Below, in pieces: positions 56,036 to 64,000 of a DNA stretch of 64,000 nucleotides. Where the stretch lies: the sequence record MT446390.1. One strand, given 5' to 3'. The position numbers and the translations under genes are program-made. Numbering within the stretch: position 1 is the stretch's first letter; each line of letters starts with the position of its first letter. The DNA is from Escherichia phage TH12. A model generated the notes under the pieces. That model had not been told where the DNA came from and did not search any database. It saw nothing but the letters and a program-made list of their open reading frames with translations.

Positions 56036-56329
56036 CTATTTGATAAAGACTTTTGACGAGGCCTGAGAAACAGTATCCCCGCATGAAATTGGGTCAGCCA
56101 TTTGAACGGCCTTTTTACCGGTGACATATACTTTAGATGTACGAGGTTCAGTAACACCTCCATGAGTCTCGTATGGTTTTTTAATTTCTGTATGAGGTGT
56201 TATTTGGTCTCCTGCTACAAGAACAGGAATACCACCGGTGAATACTTTAGATTGAGAAGCGTTAATTACCGTAGGAGGCCATGCTTCATGACCTGTTGTA
56301 ACGCACTGGTCGTAACTTAAGCCAGACAT
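56036..56329 (-). CDS. 5.4: PAAR-repeat spike tip protein
   Basis: 97 aa from [19 protein letters not shown], near-identical to T4 gp5.4 as recalled; the listed ORF start at 56383 is an upstream extension. Confidence 0.9.
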   Translation of the reverse strand: MSGLSYDQCVTTGHEAWPPTVINASQSKVFTGGIPVLVAGDQITPHTEIKKPYETHGGVTEPRTSKVYVTGKKAVQMADPISCGDTVSQASSKVFIK

Positions 56330-56331
56330 TT

Positions 56332-56847
56332 TTATGGCCTCATATAAACATAGTTTCGTAATTGTTGTGCCCATTTGCTCCAATTTCCTACTATAGTTTT
56401 TGTATAAACCTTAGTAAGAGTTTTTTGTACTGGAGCCGGTGGAGGTTCTGCACCAGAGTCACTTCTTGTGCCGCCTGATGAACTTTCTTCTTGGTAGTTA
56501 TAAATCATTTCAACCGTATAACTAAACACTTTACGAAGATTCTGAGGAGCTCTCCACAAATATAACTGTGCGGATTCATCTTTCGGTAAATCATCCCATG
56601 AAGATGCAGTTTTAAAATCATCATTTAATCGATATTTCAATGCATCCGAAGAAAAGCTAAACACACTTTCATATGTTCCATATAAACGATTACCATCTAC
56701 CGTAATGCCTTGTGTCGGTTCATAATCTGTTATATTTATTGACACTAAAGTTTCGGACGTTTCTAGCTGAGGAGTAAAAAGGACGTCAATAGACGCCCCT
56801 TCCATGTCTTCTCCTAAGTCGGTATTTAAAGGAAGTATTTGTGCCAT
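56332..56847 (-). CDS. 5.1: hypothetical protein (gp5.1-like, 171 aa)
   Basis: Position between gene 5 and 5.4. Confidence 0.6.
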   Translation of the reverse strand: MAQILPLNTDLGEDMEGASIDVLFTPQLETSETLVSINITDYEPTQGITVDGNRLYGTYESVFSFSSDALKYRLNDDFKTASSWDDLPKDESAQLYLWRAPQNLRKVFSYTVEMIYNYQEESSSGGTRSDSGAEPPPAPVQKTLTKVYTKTIVGNWSKWAQQLRNYVYMRP

Positions 56848-56850
56848 ATA

Positions 56851-58584
56851 TTACCCAATATCAATACGAGATCCGTCAACAGTATATTGTCCTGAAGCTA
56901 TTGAGCTCATTGTAGTCATTGTCTCAGACCAATTGCCAGCAACAGTCATATCAACATTACCATTGACAGTCCATTTAACATTACCATTGACAGTATAGTC
57001 ATGATTCCCTTCAACTTGAGTCTTAGCATCACCTTTAACAAGAATATCTGCATTTCCGTCAACAACTATTTTGATATTGCCCTTAACGTAAAGAGTTCCA
57101 TCGCCTTCAACAGTTTTAGTTTGGTTACCACGAATAAAGATTGTGTCGCTGCCATCTATTTGATGGAGGCGGTCTGCCATGTTATAATATATTTCATTAG
57201 CACCAACGTTAACAAGTTTATCACCAGAAATCAAGAAGTTCCCATCGCCATTAGTGATGTCAAAAAGGTCTTCTACAGTTTTACGAGTACGACGACCGGA
57301 TGGAGAAACTTCCTCATATGACCCTGTTGGATGAACTAAGCGATAACGTTCATTACCTGGAGTGTCGTCAAACTCTTGGATATGTCCGCTTTCTGTTTCC
57401 ATAGCATGAACATACGGGTATTCACCACGATAACTTGATTCCGGTTCTTTAAAAAGGATACGTGAATCTAATGGAACAGGAGGACTAGCCGGATCTTCTG
57501 GATCTGTATTTCTAGTAACTAAATCGGCACCAACACCAGGCGAAGGTGGTGTTTTAACAGGAACACCGTATGATTCCATGTTACCAGTTAAAATAATTGT
57601 TGTTACGCGTGAAGCACGTCCTTTAGTCTGTTGGAACCATAACGAATCACGCCCAGATTTGTATGCAGTTTTCCAATCGCCTGCGGCCATTGCTTTAAGC
57701 ATAGTATTGAATTTTGCTACACCGCCAACACCCATTTGGAAGCACATGTTTTCTAATGCCATTTGGCGAGACCTATTCATTTTGGCATAAACAGGACCTA
57801 CTTTAGAATTAGAACGAATATCTTTCTGCATCTTAGCAAGGTCTTTCTCAAATAACGCTGTTGCTTCTTCTAATGTAATAGTCCCGGGATTTCCTGTTAC
57901 TTCACGCCCTACTTGATCAGATAATAATTTATTAATTCGAGACATATCTCGGGTCTTTTCCATTACGATAAGGTGTCCAATACCTACTGTAGGATACCCT
58001 AGATGGTCCCAATACACTTTATCACGAAGTCCTTCGTCACGACGTAACATTTCTGTTATTGTAAAATTAGGGTCATCATCTTCTGGAATATTTGCTAAAT
58101 CTGTATCATCTGGGTTTATACCATAATCCAAGTTGTTATCTTGAATTACGTTAGAGTTTGAATAATAACCAGCTTCACCACCTTGGTTTAATACGTTCGT
58201 ATCATTACCTAAACGTCGCGGATATTGGCCAGTCGGGTCTGAAAAACCTTCAAGTCTATTAGGCTTTTCACGTACGATTCCGCCGTATGTACCAAGTACA
58301 ATCCCGTTTGTTTTCCATTTGTCTAAGAAATGACCATATACTCGAGTTCCTTCAACAGGACCTGTAACAGAACCACCAATACCTGAAATTGATGCAGACG
58401 TAATAGGTTGAATAACAGTCATCCACGGAAGTTTTTCTGTAGGAATACCTTGTACATCACCTTGTGCTCTCTGTGCTGGATGAAGACCAACGACTCGAAC
58501 TCGAACTCGCCCTTGTTTTAATGGGTCCATTCTGTCCTCAACAACACCCACGAACCAATTAAGGCTACTGCTAATCATTTCCAT
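56851..58584 (-). CDS. 5: baseplate hub subunit and tail lysozyme (cell-puncturing spike)
   Basis: 577 aa, C-terminal beta-helix repeats (VxGxxxxx periodicity), synteny with T4 gp5. Confidence 0.93.
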   Translation of the reverse strand: MEMISSSLNWFVGVVEDRMDPLKQGRVRVRVVGLHPAQRAQGDVQGIPTEKLPWMTVIQPITSASISGIGGSVTGPVEGTRVYGHFLDKWKTNGIVLGTYGGIVREKPNRLEGFSDPTGQYPRRLGNDTNVLNQGGEAGYYSNSNVIQDNNLDYGINPDDTDLANIPEDDDPNFTITEMLRRDEGLRDKVYWDHLGYPTVGIGHLIVMEKTRDMSRINKLLSDQVGREVTGNPGTITLEEATALFEKDLAKMQKDIRSNSKVGPVYAKMNRSRQMALENMCFQMGVGGVAKFNTMLKAMAAGDWKTAYKSGRDSLWFQQTKGRASRVTTIILTGNMESYGVPVKTPPSPGVGADLVTRNTDPEDPASPPVPLDSRILFKEPESSYRGEYPYVHAMETESGHIQEFDDTPGNERYRLVHPTGSYEEVSPSGRRTRKTVEDLFDITNGDGNFLISGDKLVNVGANEIYYNMADRLHQIDGSDTIFIRGNQTKTVEGDGTLYVKGNIKIVVDGNADILVKGDAKTQVEGNHDYTVNGNVKWTVNGNVDMTVAGNWSETMTTMSSIASGQYTVDGSRIDIG

Positions 58585-59159
58585 TATGCAATCTCCATCT
58601 CACGAATCAAATCAGTAATAAACGAGTTTATATCTTCTTTTGCAACAATTTTTATTTTACGAAGTTTTTCATTATCTAATATTGCCGCTTCATAAGTATC
58701 TACTGCAGCTAAAGGTCCTTTATATTGCGGATACTTACGAGCTTCATCACCTTTATCATACCACACTAAAGGCTCGTCTGGATATGAAACTAAATTGTAA
58801 AATTTCTCACGGTTATCGTTAATATGGTAAAGAATTTGGTCTCCGCCAGCATTTGCATATTTCTGAATAGACGCTTGATACGCTGCTTCCTGAGATGTAA
58901 TCCAACCATAATACGGATCATAGTTATCATTACACATCAAAAGGACCCAGTATAATTGAGGGTTGCCATAAATTATGTTTGCTAGTTCTTCAGGACGTGG
59001 AGAGCCTTTAATGTAATAAGAACGTAATCTATAATTGGCAGCAACACGTTTAAAGTACTCTTTATAGTTACGAAATATGTCTGTCATAGGAATAGTAGGT
59101 GCATTCTTATCAACTGTTTTAGCACTATATCCTATTGGGTCGAAGAATGTAAATAACAA
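58584..59159 (-). CDS. 53: baseplate wedge subunit
   Basis: 191 aa, apparent TTG start with GGAGA RBS; synteny with T4 gp53. Confidence 0.8.
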   Translation of the reverse strand: MLFTFFDPIGYSAKTVDKNAPTIPMTDIFRNYKEYFKRVAANYRLRSYYIKGSPRPEELANIIYGNPQLYWVLLMCNDNYDPYYGWITSQEAAYQASIQKYANAGGDQILYHINDNREKFYNLVSYPDEPLVWYDKGDEARKYPQYKGPLAAVDTYEAAILDNEKLRKIKIVAKEDINSFITDLIREMEIA

Positions 59160-59186
59160 AATAGTCTCCTTCCAATATTAAATTGG

Positions 59187-59194
59187 TATAAATA
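59187..59194 (+). promoter_or_regulatory. late promoter for gene 4
   Basis: TATAAATA 27 nt upstream of gene 4 ATG. Confidence 0.55.
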
Positions 59195-59201
59195 ATAATA
59201 C

Positions 59202-59209
59202 TATTTATA
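59202..59209 (-). promoter_or_regulatory. late promoter for gene 53 (divergent from gene 4 promoter)
   Basis: TATTTATA on plus strand upstream of gene 53 start. Confidence 0.5.
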
Positions 59210-59220
59210 AGGAGGACAAC

Positions 59221-59670
59221 ATGGCCTACTCTGGTAAATGGGTCCCAAAAAATTTAAAAAAATACCGTGGAGACCATACCAAAATAACGTATCGTTCAAA
59301 CTGGGAAAAATTCTTTTTCGAATGGTTGGATAAAAATCCGGAAATTATTGCATGGGGTAGTGAAACAGCCGTAATTCCATATTTTTGTAATGCTGAAGGT
59401 AAGAAACGTCGATACTATATGGACATATGGATGAAAGATGCATCAGGTCAAGAGTTCTTTGTAGAAATAAAACCAAAGAAAGAAACTCAACCACCTATTA
59501 AGCCTGCAAATCTTACGACCGCAGCAAAGAAACGTTATATGAATGAAATATACGTGTGGTCTGTGAACTGCGACAAATGGAAAGCTGCTTCTGCTGTCGC
59601 AGAAAAGAGAAATATAAAATTTCGAGTTCTAACCGAAGACGGACTTAGGAAACTCGGATACAAGGGGTAA
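59221..59670 (+). CDS. 4: head completion protein
   Basis: 149 aa, AGGAGG RBS, synteny with T4 gp4. Confidence 0.8.
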   Translation: MAYSGKWVPKNLKKYRGDHTKITYRSNWEKFFFEWLDKNPEIIAWGSETAVIPYFCNAEGKKRRYYMDIWMKDASGQEFFVEIKPKKETQPPIKPANLTTAAKKRYMNEIYVWSVNCDKWKAASAVAEKRNIKFRVLTEDGLRKLGYKG

Positions 59671-59672
59671 TT

Positions 59673-60494
59673 ATGAGCATATTCCAAATTATATCTGAAG
59701 GCGTACAAGCCCCTAAGATTGCTCAGTCTATGAATGAAAGAAAATGGATTGAGATAGGATTAGAATACAAGAAAGCTAAAGAGAAAGGAATCACTGCAAA
59801 AGCATTTGCAGAATCAAAAGGAATAAAATACTCGTCGTTTACATCTGCAATGTCTAGATATGCATCATCTATTAAGACTGCACAGAAAATTGAAACGCTT
59901 GAATCTAAACCTAAAAATAAACTCAATAAGCAAGAACGTCAACTTCTGATGATAAACTCGTTTCGCAGTTCAATACGAGAAAAGATTAGAAATGAAGGCG
60001 CAGCAGTAAACAACAAATCATCTAAGTGGTTTGCTGAAACAATTAAGAAAAGTGTAAAAGGTCATAAAGTAGTCAAGCCTACGCCAGGCAAAATTTATAC
60101 TTACGTGTATGATGCTAAACATAAAGATACTCTGCCATACTGGGACCGATATCCTTTGATTATTTATTTAGGATTAGGTAAACATAATTTGATGTATGGG
60201 CTAAACTTGCACTATATCCCACCTAAAGCACGACAACAGTTTCTTGAAGAATTGCTGAAGCAATATGCTAGCACAACTACTATTACTAATAACACAAAGT
60301 TGAAGATAGACTGGAGCAAGGTGAAAGGATTTCAAGGTGCTGACAAAATGATTAAAGCATACCTACCAGGCCACATTAGAGGAACAATAACAGAAATAGC
60401 TCCTAAAGACTGGGCTAACATAATCATGTTACCTACTCAGCAGTTTATGTCAAAAGGAAAACGTTTCTCTGCGAATACTGTTTGGAAATCTTAA
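59673..60494 (+). CDS. 2: DNA end protector protein
   Basis: 273 aa, synteny with T4 gp2. Confidence 0.8.
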   Translation: MSIFQIISEGVQAPKIAQSMNERKWIEIGLEYKKAKEKGITAKAFAESKGIKYSSFTSAMSRYASSIKTAQKIETLESKPKNKLNKQERQLLMINSFRSSIREKIRNEGAAVNNKSSKWFAETIKKSVKGHKVVKPTPGKIYTYVYDAKHKDTLPYWDRYPLIIYLGLGKHNLMYGLNLHYIPPKARQQFLEELLKQYASTTTITNNTKLKIDWSKVKGFQGADKMIKAYLPGHIRGTITEIAPKDWANIIMLPTQQFMSKGKRFSANTVWKS

Positions 60495-60596
60495 TTCTAT
60501 TCTCTTCCGTTCTTCTGATATTCTGTTGAACCAGATTAATGGAAGAGACCTAAAACCATTATACTGTATTTTTATTAAAGCGTTTTTGAGGTGCTT

Positions 60597-61181
60597 ATGA
60601 CTCGTCCAACGAGACAGATTTTTAACCAAACAAATATAACAAACTTTGTTGTGGATATCCCAGATAGTACACGAACTTCAGGTTTTGTGCTCAATGCCCA
60701 AACGGCACCATTGCCAGGTGTGAGAATTCCTGTTGTTGAAACTGTGACAGGCACAATGGGGCTAGGGCGTGCAATGCGTGCAGGCACAACATTTGAATAT
60801 GACCCTTTTATTGTACGATTTATAGTTGATGAAGACATGACGTCCTGGATGAACATGTATAAATGGATGCTCAGCACTAATAACTATATAACCGGACATA
60901 ATACGGCCCATGCTGATGGTCCTGAGTTTGTTACTTTGCACATTTTAAACAACAATAAGACTGAAGTCGTTTTGACGGCAAATTTCTATAAACCATGGAT
61001 TTCTGATTTGAGCGAAATTGAATTTAGTTACACTGAAGATTCTGATCCTGCCGTTACGTGCGTAGCAACTATTCATTACGCGTATATGACGATAGAAAAA
61101 GACGGTGAAGTCATTGTATCTCAACAACCACGTCAGGCTGCCGAATCTAAATCCATTTCTAGACACCCTTCCTTGCGTTAA
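60597..61181 (+). CDS. 3: probable tail completion / tube terminator protein (gp3-like)
   Basis: ATG at 60597 with GAGGTG RBS (listed start 60591 is GTG); position between genes 2 and 1. Confidence 0.55.
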   Translation: MTRPTRQIFNQTNITNFVVDIPDSTRTSGFVLNAQTAPLPGVRIPVVETVTGTMGLGRAMRAGTTFEYDPFIVRFIVDEDMTSWMNMYKWMLSTNNYITGHNTAHADGPEFVTLHILNNNKTEVVLTANFYKPWISDLSEIEFSYTEDSDPAVTCVATIHYAYMTIEKDGEVIVSQQPRQAAESKSISRHPSLR

Positions 61182-61182
61182 T

Positions 61183-61207
61183 CGCTTCTAGCTCCGTATG
61201 TTATAAT
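61183..61207 (+). promoter_or_regulatory. possible middle/extended -10 promoter for gene 1
   Basis: CGCTTCTA MotA-box-like element, then TGTTATAAT. Confidence 0.3.
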
Positions 61208-61235
61208 CACTCATAAATTATATGAGGAAAAACCT

Positions 61236-61970
61236 ATGGAGCTAATCTTTTTAAGTGGCATCAAACGTAGTGGTAAAGACACTACTGCTGATTACATCAA
61301 TTCAAACTTTAAATCCGTAAAATACCAATTAGCATATCCAATTAAAGACGCTCTAGCAATAGCCTGGGGGCGTAGACATGCCGAAAACCCTGATGTATTC
61401 ACAGAGTTGAAATACGAATACTTTGAAGGCATTGGATACGACCGTGAAACACCATTAAATCTCAATAAGTTGGATGTTATTGAATTATTGGAAGAAGCGC
61501 TAATTTATTTACAAAGTCAATATTTACCAATTAATAATGTTAAAGTATTATCATCGTTAGAAGGTGGATATTCATATCTAGATATTAAACCATATGAAGC
61601 CCTGCGTGAAGCTATAAATAATATCAACGACACATGGTCAATCCGCCGTCTTATGCAAGCCCTCGGTACGGATGTTGTCGTTAATTTATTTGACCGTATG
61701 TATTGGGTTAAGCTTTTTGCATTAAACTATATGGATTATATTGGAAGTGATTTCGATTACTACGTTGTGACCGATACACGCCAAGTCCATGAAATGGAAA
61801 CCGCTAGAGCGATGGGTGCTACAGTTATTCATGTGGTTCGCTCTGGTACGGAATCCACTGATAAACATATTACAGAAGCTGGGTTGCCTATTGAAGAAGG
61901 CGACTTAGTTATTACAAACGACGGCTCGTTAGAAGAGCTTTATTCTAAAATTGAAAAAATCTTAAGGTAA
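61236..61970 (+). CDS. 1: deoxynucleoside monophosphate kinase
   Basis: 244 aa, P-loop-like GIKRSGKDT, resemblance to T4 gp1. Confidence 0.9.
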   Translation: MELIFLSGIKRSGKDTTADYINSNFKSVKYQLAYPIKDALAIAWGRRHAENPDVFTELKYEYFEGIGYDRETPLNLNKLDVIELLEEALIYLQSQYLPINNVKVLSSLEGGYSYLDIKPYEALREAINNINDTWSIRRLMQALGTDVVVNLFDRMYWVKLFALNYMDYIGSDFDYYVVTDTRQVHEMETARAMGATVIHVVRSGTESTDKHITEAGLPIEEGDLVITNDGSLEELYSKIEKILR

Positions 61971-61974
61971 TAAA

Positions 61975-62660
<686 letters not shown>

Positions 62661-62672
62661 TTTTACAAAACA

Positions 62673-62702
62673 GTTTACATAAGGATGATGGCGTGTTACT
62701 AT
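62673..62702 (+). promoter_or_regulatory. T4-type early promoter
   Basis: GTTTAC 62673-62678, TACTAT 62697-62702; dyad AGGATGAT/ATCATCCT flanks the -10. Confidence 0.6.
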
Positions 62703-62736
62703 CATCCTATCAAATAAACGACCTCAAGGAAATAAA

Positions 62737-63024
62737 ATGAAAACCTATAAAGAATTTATATCACCTGATGCTAACGTTTCTACTCTGACTGAAGCAACCC
62801 TTACTTCCGAAGTTATTAAAGCAAATAAAGGACGTGAGGGCAAACCAATGATTAGTCTGGTTGACGGCGAAGAAGTAAAAGGTACTGTTTACTTAGGGGA
62901 TGGATGGTCTGCTAAGAAAGATGGCGCTACTATTGTTATCTCTCCGGCTGAAGAGACTGCACTGTTTAAAGCTAAGCATATTTCTGTAGCTCAGCTTAAA
63001 ATTATTGCAAAAACCCTTCTGTAA
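62737..63024 (+). CDS. hypothetical protein (95 aa, MKTYKEFI family)
   Basis: Promoter-leader-ORF cassette; shares exact 29-nt start region with next cassette. Confidence 0.6.
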   Translation: MKTYKEFISPDANVSTLTEATLTSEVIKANKGREGKPMISLVDGEEVKGTVYLGDGWSAKKDGATIVISPAEETALFKAKHISVAQLKIIAKTLL

Positions 63025-63027
63025 GTA

Positions 63028-63057
63028 GTTTACATGCTAATAGGACTATGTTATAGT
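63028..63057 (+). promoter_or_regulatory. T4-type early promoter
   Basis: GTTTAC 63028-63033, TATAGT 63052-63057; dyad TAGGACTA/TAGTCCTA flanks the -10. Confidence 0.55.
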
Positions 63058-63087
63058 AGTCCTATCAAAATTAATTAGGAAAATAAA

Positions 63088-63396
63088 ATGAAAACCTATA
63101 AAGAATTTATCAATGAAGCGGCTGCACCAAAGACATTTGTTATTAATACTCAAGCGAGTCTTGATGATGAGTACGCGGATGCAATTCTGAGGTCACTTGC
63201 TAAGAACGGTGTTGAAGTATCTGCATCAGACTTTAAGAAAGGGTCTTCCGAGATGTTTATTTCTATAACTAAAGGATCTAAAGCTAAGATTAAATCATCA
63301 TTCGGAGTTGCTCGCACCGATCAAATCGACAGTCATGACTTTAAACAAACTGGTGTTAAACGGCAGAATACGATTGCATCACGCGGAATAAAATAG
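63088..63396 (+). CDS. hypothetical protein (102 aa, MKTYKEFI family)
   Basis: Promoter-leader-ORF cassette. Confidence 0.6.
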   Translation: MKTYKEFINEAAAPKTFVINTQASLDDEYADAILRSLAKNGVEVSASDFKKGSSEMFISITKGSKAKIKSSFGVARTDQIDSHDFKQTGVKRQNTIASRGIK

Positions 63397-63407
63397 TTTA
63401 TAAAACC

Positions 63408-63437
63408 GTTTACTTTTAGATAGGGTGGTGATACTAT
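63408..63437 (+). promoter_or_regulatory. T4-type early promoter
   Basis: GTTTAC 63408-63413, TACTAT 63432-63437; dyad TAGGGT/ACCCTA flanks the -10. Confidence 0.55.
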
Positions 63438-63465
63438 TACCCTATCAACTACTGAGGAGAATAAA

Positions 63466-63651
63466 ATGAAACGCGCTGAACTGATTCGTAATGTTGCTGT
63501 AGTAATTGCTTCAATGGCTTTTAGTTTTTCGATGTTTGTAGGATTCATTTGTGGACTACTGACAACAACAGAAAATTCTATCTCATTGGTAGTAGCATTT
63601 CTAATCGGCTTAATCGCTATCGTTATGGATAAAATTGCAAAAGGTGAGTAA
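63466..63651 (+). CDS. small membrane protein (61 aa, two predicted TM helices)
   Basis: Hydrophobic segments VAVVIASMAFSFSMFVGFICGLL and LVVAFLIGLIAIVM. Confidence 0.55.
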   Translation: MKRAELIRNVAVVIASMAFSFSMFVGFICGLLTTTENSISLVVAFLIGLIAIVMDKIAKGE

Positions 63652-63652
63652 A

Positions 63653-64000
63653 ATGAAATATCATGTATATGCGGATTTTGAAGCAAATCCTTCTAAAGAC
63701 CCTGATTGTCGTTTGATACGCAAACCATTTGATTCAGCGGCTCAAGCATGGGCTTGGATTAAAACTTGTACTCCTTCTTACACTTTCTTTGAAGTGGTAG
63801 ATGATAACGGCATTCTGCATCCAGAACCTACAGAAACTATTAATTTCCTTCTGTTTGCTGGTTACGACTGTTATCCTCTTGGCGGTATTGACGATCTTGT
63901 TGCTACAGGAAAAACTGTTGAAGCTCTTCGTGAAATCTACAAAAATGCTGAAGAAAATTTTGACTGGTACCAGATTGTAAATGCACATACTTTTGAAGCG
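63653..64000 (+). CDS. hypothetical protein, N-terminal part (3' end lies outside the window; not in supplied ORF list)
   Basis: ATG at 63653 two nt after previous stop; frame open to the end of the window. Confidence 0.5.
   Translation, partial: MKYHVYADFEANPSKDPDCRLIRKPFDSAAQAWAWIKTCTPSYTFFEVVDDNGILHPEPTETINFLLFAGYDCYPLGGIDDLVATGKTVEALREIYKNAEENFDWYQIVNAHTFEA

Noticed and set aside
60496-60548. 8-bp inverted repeat TCTCTTCC...GGAAGAGA with a 37-nt loop between genes 2 and 3
   Set aside because: Short stem with a long loop and no U tract; could be chance in a 100-nt intergenic region; no support for a terminator or regulatory hairpin.
63333-63988. Minus-strand ORFs 63333-63686 (117 aa) and 63734-63988 (84 aa)
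   Set aside because: Antisense to plus-strand promoter-ORF cassettes with clear RBS and early promoters; no supporting signals on the minus strand.

Overview
This 64 kb window reads as a contiguous segment of a T4-like (T-even, Tevenvirinae) myovirus genome: about 85 tightly packed CDSs, no rRNA, tRNA, CRISPR array or integrase/transposase. All calls rest on reading the translations and motifs against recalled T4 proteins; no database search was run. Layout: (1) a plus-strand early region 1-15.3 kb (rnlA 3' end, alc, spanin pair, pseT, dCMP deaminase, gp31, rIII-like, a run of small early ORFs, DNA ligase, Alt); (2) baseplate hub genes 54-48-29-28-27-51 (minus) and 26-25 (plus), then uvsY and uvsW; (3) inh, hoc, rnlB; (4) a minus-strand late block 24, 23, 22, 21, 68, 67, 20, 19, 18, 17, 16, 15, 14, 13, wac, 12, 11, 10, 9, 8, 7, 6, 5.4, 5.1, 5, 53; (5) plus-strand 4, 2, 3, 1, 57A, 57B and three promoter-ORF cassettes. 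Regulatory signals are readable directly: GTTTAC...TACTAT early promoters, MotA-box middle promoters, TATAAATA late promoters, and UUCG/CGAA tetraloop hairpins. The most notable content beyond the conserved backbone is a complete class I DAHP synthase (AroG/AroF/AroH-like) between pseT and cd, a NADAR-like ORF beside a HAD-like phosphatase and the Alt ADP-ribosyltransferase, an 89-aa early-promoter-driven ORF on the opposite strand between head genes 24 and 23, compensatory dyad symmetry bracketing the -10 of most early promoters, and an exactly repeated 18-nt hairpin at three loci. Several six-frame ORF starts are GTG/TTG extensions and were moved to the ATG with a ribosome-binding site.
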